Part shown: positions 13,745-27,056 of the stretch, piece by piece
Numbering within the stretch: the first letter of the stretch is position 1
How the letters are laid out: the number at the start of each line of letters is the position of its first letter
Source of the DNA: Octopus sinensis
Taxonomy: Eukaryota
DNA length: 64,000 nt
NCBI RefSeq assembly: GCF_006345805.1
Contig: NC_042997.1
Coordinates: forward strand, 108,438,001-108,502,000
Direction: 5' to 3'
Notes under the pieces: generated by a model
What the model was told of the DNA's origin: nothing
Databases searched by the model: none
Seen by the model: the letters and a program-made list of their open reading frames with translations, nothing else
Made by a program: the position numbers and the translations under genes

Positions 13745-14950
13745 ATCAAATACATGCTTCAATCACATTGGCAGAATGATTATCTCAGTTTACGAAAATA
13801 GCATCACAATTTTTTCTTCATTAATCTTCCGTTGACCACCATTTCTATAATCCACCATAACTGCAATGTTGTTCTAGCACTGGAACCAGCAATTTCATAA
13901 TAGCAATTTGTATCTTACAAGTTGTTCCAAAATTACTTCCATCATCTTTCCTGAATCATTTTGTTTTATTTGAATAAATTTCAATTCTTATGCATCCTTT
14001 TCTTTCTTCTTTTTTTTTTTAATTGATATTTAAATAACAAATTGTTTTGACCATTTGGTTTCAATGTGCTTAATTTGGAGTAGAATCAAATGCAAGACCT
14101 AAATGTTTGGTCTTACAAATTACTGTTTAGTAATTTCTGCTGAATAGTAGAAACCATAAGCTGAATATATTCTTGACTCATGAAAATAAATCTGATATTC
14201 TTCCAGGATTCTTTGACACAAAACTGTGATGTTCATTCATGACAGGATCAAAGTCTGCAACAGCTTTATAACTCCAAACCATTTCCAAAATTGGTTTTCT
14301 GTTACACAAATTCCTTGTCATTAAACAATTCAAGGATTTCAGTTGCTAAAAATTTTATATAAAAATTGTTCCCTGTGAAGAATAGTTCACCACTTTTGAT
14401 TTTCTGATGCAATTTGAGTTTGATGTTCTGTGTCAGTAGTTATTCTGCTTTCTTGAAACGTTTCCTTCACTGGAAGAGGCATTATTTCTTTTTCCTTCCT
14501 TTTCATGGGCGTCAGGCTTTCCTGGTGCTTTCCACTGTTTGAGTCCATTTTCTTGTTCAGTGAAAACCAATTGACATTTCATGAAAATAGAAAACAACAA
14601 AAGCAGAAAGCTGTTTTCTTATTTGAAGAATAAACGATTTTGAGTGACAAATGTCTGCACATGCTTTTACCAAAATTATTGTAAGCCATGGCATTCCATG
14701 AGAACACATGCTCTTTTATTATTTTAAAAAATACTTTGAACCAAATCTAACCATTTCCAACTCCATGGCATCTCTTTACAATTACATGGTTTGATATTTT
14801 ATTGAACTCCAATTAACAATTCCTGCCATGTTCAATCTCACTCGATAAGGGCTTCACTCTAGTTTTCTTGCAGTGGTTCAGTTTACAATCATTTCAGATG
14901 CAGTTAATGGTGATTAAATAATTCTTATTTAGCCTTCATTCTTGACATTT
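13745..14950 (-). pseudogene. Decayed hAT (Tip100/ZMYM1-like) transposase
   Basis: Fragments YSSNKKTAFCFCCFLF (TTF zinc finger), KLLxDFDPV-like, LAFDSTPN*AH*NQ (cf. DSTPDxSHxEQ), FQC*NNIAVM..GGQRKINE (cf. GQxYDNAAxMxG..GVQ), DNHS. Many stops and frameshifts. Confidence 0.75.
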
Positions 14951-16160
14951 TAAAATCATTTTCTGACTTTGGTTTTATTCTAGTAGGGTGCAAAACCTGA
15001 CAAAATTAAATTTTTGTTTCAAATTAATTTTAAAATATTGACTTGTTTTGGCATTAATCATTAGAACCTAACTTATGAATTCAGATCTGGAGGAGACAAT
15101 AACCAGTTAATTAGGTAGTAGTGCTTAGTGAGAGAACATCATCATTATCATCATCATTCTCATTTAATATCTGTTTTCCATACTGGCATGGGTTTGACAG
15201 TTTAACGGGGGCTGGATAGCTGCACCAGCCTTCTGTGTCTGTTTTGGTATGGTTTTTATGACTGGATGCCCTTCCTAATGCCAACCACTCTGCAGAGGGG
15301 ACTGAGTGTTTTTTCCATGGCACCAGTACAAGAGAGATCAGTTTTGGCAAGGTTTTACAGCTGGATACTCGTCCAGCATTTTGATATCTCTGTAATTTCC
15401 TCCATCCGCTACACTGTCTTTACTTCAAGTTAATGATGACACAGCAACGTCAGTCATTTTGTATGACATCTTCCTCTACCATGTGATACTCAGAGGGTCT
15501 CAATGGTAATTTCTGATGGACCAAGAACCTCTCCTACCCTGCCCTGCCCCTTCATATTCTTATGTTGTATCATGCTACTATCAATTTGAATGACTGGTTC
15601 CTCTGTTAGGTTTATCCTGCAGAGATCAACTTTTTCCCTTGCACCCTTCATTTAACCATCTCTCTTAGCTTTTCCTGTATCTCTTCCTTTTTAATGTTAC
15701 CAAGAATTTGTGAGTTGCTATCATTCTGGTAGACATTTCTCTCCCAACACCTCTTCATTCCTCATGTTTCTGATCCTCATGTTGTACAACATTGGGAAAC
15801 TTCTTATTTCTGTTTCTTTCATGGCCAAGTACATCTGCTCTCATCTGACTTCTCATCCCTCTGGTCTCACCAAGACTAACTTTCAGCTTTTCTGCTTCTA
15901 TGAATATGTCTGAGGTTCAGCCTATTGATATTAACCTTCTTCTCTTTTGCCCAACCTTACTTTGGTCTTCCTCTTCCATGAATTGCTTCCGCTTGATCTT
16001 TGGCTACTTCTTTACCCAACCCCTTTCACCATTACTACCCCAACTATACCCACACCAATGCACTCTTCTCTCTCTCTCTCTCTTGCACAACCACATCTCA
16101 TCTCTCATATGCTGTCTTTTTCTCCACTTCTCTTTCTCTATTGATATTATACAGACTAAA

Positions 16161-16390
16161 GGCGGCGAGCTGGCAGAAACGTTAGCACGCCAGGCAAAAT
16201 GCGTAGCCGTATTTCGTCTGCCGTTACGTTCTGAGTTCAAATTCTGCCAAGGTCGACTTTGCCTTTCATCCTTTCGGGGTCGATTAAATAAGTTCCAGTT
16301 ACGCACTGGGGTCGATGTAATCGACTTAATTCGTGTTTCTGTCCTTGTTTGTCCCTTCTGTGTTTAGCCCCTTGTGGGTAGTAGGAAATA
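16161..16390 (+). mobile_element. tRNA-derived SINE family A, representative copy with 16-bp TSD
   Basis: A/B boxes (TGGCAGAAACG, GAGTTCAAATT), central GCCTTTCATCCTTTCGGGGTCGAT (Meta/MESC-like domain), TSD GATATTAYACAGACTA. Other copies near 1193, 2745, 4675, 11882, 12085, 12320, 47350, 47502, 50322, 52338, 53042, 54697, 61010. Confidence 0.88.
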
Positions 16391-16569
16391 GATATTACAC
16401 AGACTATCAAAAAGTCTCACCTTATTGCTTTCTGGCTTTCATGCTTTCTCCACATTCACTTCAACAATTCTCTACATCTATGTCTCTGCCTCCTGCCTGT
16501 TTGCCTCTCTCTCTCCCTCCAGCACCCCCTCTCTCTCTACTTATCCATCATTTTATTTGTCTGTCTGTT

Positions 16570-17912
16570 GGTCTATATACATACACACAAACATACATAC
16601 ATATTCTTAAATACATGCATATGTACACATACACATATCTATGTATGTGTATTTTTGTATTTATGCATGTATGTATATATGCATATCTATATATATGCAC
16701 ATATGTATTATGAATGCAGGTTGGCACGCATTTATGTGTGTAAGCGTATGTGTGTATGTATGCATGTATGTATACATATATGTATGCATGTTTATATGTA
16801 TGCATAAATGTATGCATATATGCATGTATGTATATATATGGACATATACAAAACTGTATGTTGACATGTATGTATAAATGCATGCCTGTATGTATGCATG
16901 CATCCATCTATGTTTTTATGAAAGTGTATATATATGTATATATTTATGTATGCATATATGTACGTATTCATGAAGGTACATATGTATGTCATTTATGCAT
17001 GCATGCATGCAAATTTGTGCACATTTATATATGCATGTCTCCATGTAAGTATGCACATATGTATGCATCTACATGTATCGGTATGCGTTTATGTATGGTG
17101 TATGCATGCATGTGCGTTTGTATGTAATGTAGTTCACTTATGACCTCTGTCATCAATGATTTTAATGTGAAGCCATCAACAGTTGCTGCGACTGCACCAT
17201 ATCAACCCCTATGACTGTACCTGAATTTTGCTGGGTATACACGCATCAGTGCAGATGCATGCTCACGTGCAGCACGATAGCAGGGGTAGCACTGACAGTG
17301 GGCTGTGGGTCTCTAATTCTGCTGGAACTCTTGTTGTTCTTGTTGTTTCTAATGTTCATTTTCTTCTTTTCTTCTTCTTCTTCGTTCTTTCATCCTTTTA
17401 TTCTCTCTTCTGCAAGAAAACCCCGTTTGCTGCAACTGGGCATGTGCAGAACGAATAAATGTGCACACATGCGACGACACATGTGAGGCCATGTGTTACT
17501 GACGTCAGTAGCACATGGCCACGCCTTCTTCTTCTTATTCTTCTTCAAACCTATTAAAAGTATTCCTTGCTACTACTTAGGCTGCTGCTGCTGCTGCTCT
17601 TGTTACTGACTGTTGTTACTAGCAGTATTACAGCTCTTATTACCGCTGCTGCTGTTACAGTTACTGCTGCTGCTGCTGCTGTTGCTACCCCGTCGGCTAC
17701 ACTGCCACCACCATAACAGCCATCATTCTGTACTTGTTGATGCTAGATTGCTGCTGCTCCTGCTGCTGTTGCATTTGCTGCTGTTGCTGCTGCTTAATTT
17801 CAGGACTTACTGAATTAAAGCTCTTTGGAAGACATATTCAAAGATAAATTCAATGAAAGTACGCACACACACACACATATATGTCCATATATATATATGA
17901 TGATGATATACA

Positions 17913-17946
<34 letters not shown>

Positions 17947-18379
17947 TGTATGTGTATATATATGTATATATATGCATGTGTATATATATATGTATATATA
18001 TATATATTATATATATATGTATGTGTGTGTGTGTGTGTACGCCCGTATATATACACATACAGATATTTAATACTCATCATAAATATATATATGTACACAC
18101 ACACATATATGTACATACATGCATGCACAGATGATGCATATTTGCATGCATACTTACAGACACACACACATACAAACATACATAAATGCATGAGTACATA
18201 ACAAAAAAACATATAACTGCACATACATACACACATACATACATGTACATGCACAAACACACAGACACACAAATACACATGCATACATATATCATCATCA
18301 TCATCATCATTTAAGGACTAGCTTCTCTCCTGACATAGATTGGACTGTTCGACAGTATGTTCTGCTGTCTACTGGGAGC

Positions 18380-18410
<31 letters not shown>

Positions 18411-19257
18411 CGTGTGTACAAATACACATACACACACAACTCATGCCAGCATGGAAATTGGACATTTAATGATGATGACATATATATATATATATATGTA
18501 TGTGTATATATATATATAATATAATATATATATATATATATTATATACATACATATACACATATGTATGTATAAATACATATATATATATTTGTATGTGT
18601 GTATGTATGTATGTATGTATGTATGCATATGTTAATGTCTGTTTATATTTTAAGTTATAATAAAAATTAGATTAAAATGAAGAATTACTCATTACTTTTG
18701 GTTGAGTATGTTAAAGAATTACACACACCAGATTTTGTGCTACTTCAGGTTAGATGTATATATATATATATAATATATATATAATATATATATTATATAT
18801 ATATATACATATGTGTATATATATATATATTTGTGTGTGTATATATATTATATATATATATATTATATATATATATAATAACTATGCATGTATGAATATA
18901 CATACATACATATATACATGCACATGTGCACACAAAACCAACATGTTTGATTCTGTCTAAATTCCAATGAAGGAATCTTGTATCTATGTTAGAAACTGAC
19001 TCTTTCTCCATTGGGGAGAAATTTCAGAAAAATAAATCGAAGAAAACATACAACAACAGACGCATAGACATTTGTATATATTCTTACAAGCATAGACACC
19101 TAGATATATACATACCCACAAATATACACATACCCATTCATATACATACATACATACATATATATATATATGTATATGTACATATATACATATATATGTG
19201 TGTGTGTATGTGTGTGTATGCGCATGTATATACACACACGGATATTTAATACTCATC

Positions 19258-19304
<47 letters not shown>

Positions 19305-19349
19305 CACACACACATATATGTACATATGTGTGTGTAAATATATATAAAC

Positions 19350-19380
<31 letters not shown>

Positions 19381-19630
19381 TATACATACACATACATATA
19401 TATATATAAATATATATAAATACATATATATACACACACACATACACACACACATTCATACATACATACATACATATATACATACACATACATATATACA
19501 CACATGCACACACACATGTGCTCAAGTGCATATGCATATGTGTATATAAACATATATATATGTATATGCATATACACACATGCATACAAGTATATGTACA
19601 TATATACAAACATACACCGATATATATAAA
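16570..19630. repeat. Compound (TA)/(CA)/(TATG) low-complexity field surrounding a unique island (17130-17830)
   Basis: Direct observation; source of many spurious ORFs. Confidence 0.85.
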
Positions 19631-19785
19631 CATCCGCTTATGTAGAGTGGTTTCTTATGCCTGATAACGAGTCATCATCATCATAATCTTCAGCATCATC
19701 ATTGTTGACATCATCGTCATCACCCTCATTGTCTTCGCCGTCGTCGTCGTCATCATCATCATCATTGTTATGATCATCATCGTTG

Positions 19786-19816
<31 letters not shown>

Positions 19817-19997
19817 TCTTACACTTTATTATTATCTACATTAAAATAATCATCCACCTATGATAACGTCATGTGCATCATGTCACATGTGACTCTTTTC
19901 TCTGATTATAGACACAGATACATATACAATAAATATATAAACATATATATATATATACAAACACACACACACACACACCTTATAGCATGTACTTGTA

Positions 19998-20935
19998 TCA
20001 TCATCATCATCATCATCATCGTTTAACGTCCGCTTTCCGTGCTAGCACGGGTTGGACGGTTCGACCGGGTCTGGGAAGCCAGGGGCCGCTCCAGGCTCCA
20101 GTCTGAATCTGGCAGAGTTTCTACGGCTGGATGCCCTTCCTAACGCCAACCACTCCGTAAGTGGATTGGGTGCTTTTTACGTGCCACCTGCACAGGGGCC
20201 GGAGGGTCCGGCATCGTCACGATCGGTTCGAGCATTTTAACGTGTCAGCGGCACGGGGGCAACGAGGTCCGGGTACTTTGGGGATGGGGGGGGTCGGTTG
20301 GGGTACTTTGGGGATCCAGGGGGTACTTTGGGGATCGGGGGTACTTAGAATGGGTAGGGGGTATGTGGAATTGCTGCAGAAAGCAGCCCGGGTCTTGTAG
20401 TCACAGCATATCTCCAGAGATCTCGGTCCTTCGCCATTGCCTCAGTGAGGCCCAATGCTCTGAGGTCATGCTTGACCACCTCATCCCATGTCTTCCTGGG
20501 TCTACCTCTCCCCTGATACCTTCAACTGTTTGGGAGTGGCACTTCTTCACACATCTCTCTTCATCCATCCGCAGCACATGACCATACCATCGCAAGCGTC
20601 GCTCTTGCACACCACATCTGATGCTTTTATATCCAGCATTTCTCTCAGGATACTTACACTCTGTTTTGCGTGCACACTGACACTACACATCCAGCGGATC
20701 ATGCTAGCTTCATTTCTTTCAAGTCTATGCATGTCTTCTGCAGTCACAGCCCATGTTTCATTACCGTGAAGCATGGCAGTTCGCACACATGCATCATACA
20801 ATCTACCTTTTGCTCTGAGGGAGAGACCTTTTGTTGCCAGTAGGGGTAGGAGCTTTCTGAACTTTGCCCAGGCTATTCGTATTCTAGTGGTGATACTCTC
20901 TGTGCATCCACCTCCGCTACTAACTTGGTCATGTA
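19998..20935 (-). mobile_element. 5'-truncated RTE-clade LINE
   Basis: YDACVRTAMLHGNETW..LERNE..RRLRWYGHVLRM..RGRPxKTW, then 3' UTR ending GGACGTTAAAC(GAT)n. Confidence 0.9.
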
Positions 20936-21129
20936 TATTTATAATATTTATATATGTGGCTGTGTTGTAAGATGTCTGCTCCCCATCTGCATGGTTCCAA
21001 GTTCAGTTCCACTGTGTGGTACCTTGAGTGTCTTCTACTACAACTATAGCCACAGGCTGACTAAAAACTTGTGAGTGGATTTGGTAAATGGAAACTGACA
21101 GAAGCTCATCGTATTGTATATATATAAAA

Positions 21130-22520
21130 AGCTTCACCAAGGATCAGTCCTCAGCTCCCTGTTATTCATCATAGTCCTCCAGGCAATAACAGAGGGATTC
21201 AAGACAAGCTGCCCCTGCGAGCTCCTCTATGCTGATGACCTTGCTATAATAACTGAGTCACTCCCAGAACTAGATTAGCAATTTCAAGTGTGGAAGCAAG
21301 ATCTAGAATTGAAGGGTCTTAGAATCAATGTAGCAAAAACCAAAGTCTTAGTAAGTAGGAAGGGTAGACAAATCACAAACCCCTTCAGGTAGATGGCCCT
21401 ACTAGATCTGTAGAAAAGGTATAAGTAGAAACTCAATAAGATGTACCCAGTGTAAGCTATGGACACATAAGAGGTGCAGCAATATCAAAGGAAGGTTAAC
21501 TGGGATGATAGTTTTTGTGTGCGGCAGGTGCACAGGAGCAATAAACACTGCAGATGCTCAGAAAAGAGATTTCATCACATACCAGGGGAAGAAACTAGAA
21601 GTGCTTCCATTACCTAGGTGACCAACTCAGTAGCAGGGGTGGATGCTCTGAGAGCATTGCCACTAGAATAAGAATAGCCTGGGAAAAGTTCAGAAAGCTC
21701 CTACCTCTGCTGGTAACAAAGGGCCTCTCACTTAGAGTGAAAGGTTAACTGTATGATGCATGTGTGCGAACAACTATGCTGCACGGCAATGAAACATGGG
21801 CCATGACTGTTGAGGACATGTGTAGGCTTGAAAGAAATGAAGCTAGTATGATCCATTGGATGTGTAATGACAGAGTGTAAGTGCCCTGAGGGAAATGTTG
21901 GACATAGGAAGCATGAGATGTGGTGTGTAAGAGAGACAACTGCACTGGTATGGTCATGTGCTGTGTATGGGTGAGGAGAGCTGTGTGAAGAAGTGTCACA
22001 CCCTAACAGTGGAAGGAACCTATGGAAGAGGGAGACCCAGGAAGACATGGGATGAGGTGGTGAAGCACGACCTTCAGATGTTGGGCCTCACAGAGGCAAT
22101 GACGAAAGACTGAGACCTCTGGAGATATGCTGTTGATTGAGAAGACCCGGCAAGTAAGGTGAGATCACAGCCATAGTGTATACAAGTGTCTCACAACCAT
22201 TTAAAAGTACCTTTGAATCATCGTGCAATATGCTGTGCTGGACGAGACCTATTATGTCAAGCAAAATCAAAAATCAAAATCAAAACCAAATCAAGATCGA
22301 AATCAAAATGGAAATTGTAGTTGTGGCCAATACCAGTGCCGCCTGACTGGCACCTGTGCTGGTGGCATGTAATAAGCACCATTCAAGTGTGGGTCAATGC
22401 CAGTGCTGGCTGACTGGCTCTCCATACCAGTGGCACGTAAAAAGCACAATCCGAATGTGGTCGATGCCAGTCTCCCCCTGAGTGGCTCCTGTGCCTGTGG
22501 CACATAACAAGCACCATCCT
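21130..22520 (+). mobile_element. RTE-clade LINE fragment with RT motifs and 3' UTR
   Basis: LHQGSVLSSLLF, ELLYADDL (about 21220-21243), PHD-like Cys/His block, LHWYGHV, RGRPRKTWDEVV. Confidence 0.9.
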
Positions 22521-22670
22521 TGCTTCGCTAGGTGTTCATGAGCCGTACTTTTAAAAACTTCCACTCCTCTGCAAGTTCTCTAGTCGTGATCTTTGAGTTT
22601 TCTTTGATTTTTGCCTTCAAAACATCTTCATCCAATTTTGAAGGTCTTCTACTGTCACTTTTGCAGCTAA
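22520..22670 (-). mobile_element. mariner transposase HTH fragment
   Basis: SRRPSKLDEDVLKAKIKENSKITTRELAEE. Confidence 0.6.
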
Positions 22671-22675
22671 ACTCT

Positions 22676-24300
22676 AATCAAGGCACTCCCCTCATCAGGA
22701 TGTTACACTAAGTTCATAAATACATCTACATACCAGGGTCGGTCTACCATCAGTGGCAATGTAAAATATTATCCTAAAAAAAACCTATACTTATATAATA
22801 GTACCTAATTTCCATGTTAATGGACAAAGCCAGAAATCATGCTAAAAGTTATGTATTAAAGTAAACCAGAACTAATATTTTGTTTCATGTTAATTTTTAT
22901 TCCTTTGCAATTATGAAATTAGATGTCCGAGATCAAATCCTACTTATTACACTTATTTTTTATTTTTACTTTTAAATATTTTTAAGAATGTGGAATGGAT
23001 TCTATGTGTACATGCAGGTATTGCATCAGTAAATTTATTCAATATGGATTGATTATATAGTTTTGATATAAATTATGCTTTCCTGATGTATAAATTGCAC
23101 TTTGTGGATCTATTTCTATATGTAATATCCTTTTCCTTAAGGTCATTTATATATGTTGCCAACACCATTGATATCTTATATTTGGGATTATTAAAGGAGC
23201 TCAGATGGCTCCTATATATCTGTTTGAAATCCGTTGTACTTCCAATATATATTTTTGTTTTGGCCATTTGGTGCCTCAATTCTACATTTATATATGACGT
23301 TATGCTGGCAATAATTTCCGTTAATCAGACAAGGGTCTCTACAATTACATTTTTTATGGGGTTTACTAATAGCATGATTATGTATATTCTTTACTTCCTT
23401 CATTTCAATACTAGAATTCATGATACTATTTGTACTTTTATTCGTGTTAATTTTAGATTTATTCATTTTATCATTACCTTTATATATAGAATCCATTCCA
23501 CGTTCTTAAGAATATTTAAAAGTAAAAAAAGAAAATAAGTGTAATAAGTAGGATTTGATCTCGGACATCTAATTTCATAATAGCAAAGGAATAAAAATTA
23601 ACATGTAACAAAATATTAGTTCTGGTTTACTTTAATACATAACTTTTAGCATGATTTCTGGCTCTGTCCATTAACATGGAAATTTGGTATTATTATATAA
23701 ATATAGGTTTTTTTAGGACATGTTGCCGCTGATGGTAGACCAACCCTGGTATGTAGATGTATTTATGAACTTAGTGTAGCATCCTGATGAGGGGAGTGCC
23801 TTGATTAATAATGGGAAATATGTCATATTCCTTTGCTCATCTCTGAAATGGCCCCTAGATGTGATGTTTATATATATTTTATTTTCTTTTCTTTCATTGG
23901 TTTTAATATGTTTATAATACTTAATCCTTTGAACTTAAATTTTTAATTTCATCATACAATGTACGATTTTAAATGTAATTACAAGTGATATTTTCTTAAA
24001 TTCAATCGTTTTTATTTAAATTCATTCGTATTTTATGCATTGCATTGATATTGTCTATTTATATAAATTTGTGTATTTTGGAATTTTATTTCCATTTTAT
24101 AGAGAATATATGTATTTATATTAAGTTTTGGATGCGTATTTCAATTATATTCTTTTAGCCTGTGTTTTCACATGTGTTGCCTCCATAATAATATTATTTC
24201 GAATATGGTTCAGAACGAGTACTACACTTTCCTTCTGTATTAATGTTATTGTTAATAACAAGCTCTAATTAAACTATATATTTTGTATATATATATTTTG
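22676..24300 (-). mobile_element. 5'-truncated Penelope-like retroelement with inverted pLTR
   Basis: Frameshifted KKCNCRDPCLINGNYCQHNVIYKC then KIYIGSTTDFKQIYRSHLSSF (GIY-YIG) at 23073-23360 (-). About 22676-23003 is inverted to about 23488-23806, and the right copy runs into a hammerhead. Right boundary uncertain. Confidence 0.85.
23780..23861 (+). ncRNA. Degenerate hammerhead ribozyme in a Penelope pLTR
   Basis: CATC-CTGATGA-GGGGA ... TCTCT-GAAA-TGGCCCC-TA-GATG; stem III is damaged. Confidence 0.6.
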
Positions 24301-24315
24301 AACACATATATATAT

Positions 24316-24356
<41 letters not shown>

Positions 24357-24690
24357 AGGCGCATGGCTCAGTGGTTAGAGCATCGATCTTACGATCATGA
24401 GATTGTGAGATCAAATCCCGGACCGGGCTGTGTGTTGTGTTTTTGAGCAAGACACTTTATTTCATGTTGCTCCAGTTCACTCAGTTGTAGAAATGAGTTG
24501 CGATGTCACTGGTGCCAAGCTGTATCAGCCCCTTTGCCTTTCCCTTGGATAACACTGGTAGTGTGGAGAGGGGAGGCTGGTATGCATGGGCGACTGCTGG
24601 TCTTCCATAAACAACCTTGCTCGGACTTGTGCCTGGGAGGGTAACTTTCTAGGTGAAATCCCACGGTCAGTCATGATTGAAGGGGGTCTC
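24357..24690 (+). mobile_element. tRNA-derived SINE family C
   Basis: GGCGCATGGCTCAGTGGTTAGAGC..TCAAATCCC..TTGAGCAAGACACTT. Copy at 32987-33290 (-); related head at 50640-50770 (-). Confidence 0.8.
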
Positions 24691-25010
24691 AGCATATAAT
24701 ATGTAATGGTAAGATCCAAGGATCAAGGTGTAGGAAGTTAGTAAGCTTCAGTCTGTAGAAGGGATAAAAACCAACTTTCAGGAACAATAGGAGTTTATTG
24801 ACATAGAAGATAGGAAATTTTCCACTTATCAAAGTTCAATAAAGTGGAAAAAGTTATTCTTTTAGTTCATGGTTTGCAACTGGGGTTGCTGTGAATGTGA
24901 ATAAAAATCCCAAATTAGGGAATGGAGTGGCTAAAATCAATGTTTCCTAGCAGGGAAACAAATGTAGCCTGGATTTTAGCCACTCCATTCCCTGATTTGG
25001 GATTTATATG

Positions 25011-25043
<33 letters not shown>

Positions 25044-25500
25044 ATGTATGTGATAGTATTCCACAGCCATACCAACAATCCAACATACCCCAACATCAGC
25101 TGCCCCATGGATATCATTATGGTTTCAACACCTTGGACAGTACCATTCAATCCGGCGGTGTCAATAGCACTAAAATAAGTGTTGTTTGGGAACAAACAAA
25201 CCCAAGAAACCACAACTTTCAAACACACTTGCCCTATGTAGAACCATATCAATAAATAAATTCCATAAGTAAATTACAATCAACTCCTAAATACATAACT
25301 AAACAACTCTATTAAGTCATACAAACATGATAATCCCTACCGTCTTCTGTAGTGTAAAAGTAAAAGCAAAAGCTTAATTAGCTCATTATTTCAATCAATC
25401 AATCTATAGGCAGGATTAATAAAACTATAACAAAGGAACATATAAACCAATCTACATTGTATCAGTGTTAATAGTAAACTGCAATAACTAAATTATACAT

Positions 25501-26676
25501 AGAGGGTGTGTAAGGTATTTTAGGACATACCTTTTTCGGTCATTGCTGCATTTTTTGCTAACTCTGTATAATCTTTGTTTCAGAAAATAATTACGGCAGA
25601 CCCTCAGCTTATTCAAGAAATGAAGAGGCATGCTGTTATTGTGGTTAGAAAGGCTGAGCATAGCGATTTAGAAATATTTCGATTTTTTAAAAGTTGCTAG
25701 ATCTTTCATCTGCAAAGTTTGTAAGGAGTTAGAGACTGAAGATGGAAACCTATCACCAGTATCAAAGCATAAAAAGCATTCTAAACACTCTGAAATCGTT
25801 AGAACACCTGAATTTATCCAGCAAGTTCAACAGACCATTGATTACAATGCGAGAAAGTCCATGAGGTCAATTACAAAAGATCTCCATGTGTCAGAAGGAA
25901 TAGTTATATGATGAGGAAAGGTCAATTTATGTCAGAAAAAGCAAAAGAAAATTACTACCTCAGATCTAAAAGGCTCTTAAAAAAATCCAGCAGAAGAAGA
26001 TTTGATTTGGTTTTTCTCAAATGAGAAAAATTTCGCCCAAGATCAAAAAGTTAAGAGAAGAAATGACAGATGGCTACGTGCAGACCCTTCTGAATTTCCA
26101 AGTGTTATGCATACAAACTTTTCTGCAACTGTCATGGTTTTAAGGGTTGTCAGCAATTAAGGACATGTGATGTCTCCTTACTTCTTCCCACAAGGCCTTA
26201 GTTAATTCTGCCATCTACATTGAGGTCCTGGAAACAATTGTTAATCCCTGGATAGTGTATGCAATGGAAGGCCATATGTGTCACTGTAAGACTCTGCACT
26301 ATCACACATGGCTCTAGTAGCACAGGAATGGATGGCTGAAAATTCTCATGATCACATAACCCCTTACATTTGGCCTCCTAATTCCCCAGATCTCAATCCA
26401 TGTGGAGCACTATTGAGAGAGGGGTCAATGAACACCCCCTTGACACCAAAGTTTCTTTGAAAGCTGTTATAGTCAGAGTAATGTCTAAAATGAACCAGGA
26501 CCACTTGATTCAAGCATGTAGATGATTTAGATCTCATATAGAAGCAGGTGTTGAAGCTGAAGGTGGCTTCATTGAATAACATTATAGAAAAGAAGGTAGG
26601 TTTTTATCCTCATAATATTTTTTGATAAATAAAGTTATCTGTTATAAATCTGTCCTCAAATATCTTATGCACCCTG
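25501..26676 (+). mobile_element. Decayed Tc1/mariner (maT-like) transposon
   Basis: Imperfect TIRs (AGGGTGTGTAAGGTATTTTAGGACA / TGTCCTCAAATATCTTATGCACCCTG), FSNEKNF, WPPNSPDLNP, GGFIE*. Confidence 0.85.
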
Positions 26677-26804
26677 TATACACATACATATATATAAACT
26701 TAAAATAATAAAAAAAAAACACAAATCTTGTATTTTTTTTTAATTATAAGATTATCTTTACTGATCAAATGCTTTTCTATTTGTTGAAGAATTACCACAT
26801 AATA

Positions 26805-27056
26805 TTGGGTTGGTGCATAATTATTGCAGCTTTTTTTCTACAAATTTTATTCAACAAAAACAATAACAATATTTATCAAAAACATCTTTAAGTGACAGTC
26901 TGATCGTCTGCCAAGCAAATGGAAAGTAGTAGTTGAAGTAGATGGTGAATATGCTCCGGAATAAGCATTTAAAGATGTTTTTGTTAAATGTTGTTATTGT
27001 TTTTGTTGAATAAAATTTGTTGAAAGAAACCCTGCAATAATTACGCACCAACCCAA
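26805..27056. mobile_element. mariner-derived MITE
   Basis: TA-flanked TIRs TTGGGTTGGTGCATAATTATTGCAG (Hsmar1-like), extended subterminal inverted repeat, transposase tail PSKWKVVVEVDGEY. Confidence 0.85.

Noticed and set aside
17220-17250. Minus-strand micro-exon MRVYPAKF with donor
   Set aside because: Too short to identify and no convincing next exon; kept only as context for the CRE finding.
18030-19325. Short local duplication (GATATTTAATACTCATCATA) at about 18062 and 19241
   Set aside because: Embedded in microsatellite; ordinary slippage or duplication.
24357-24430. tRNA gene
   Set aside because: SINE head continuing into the SINE body; no proper acceptor stem or terminator.
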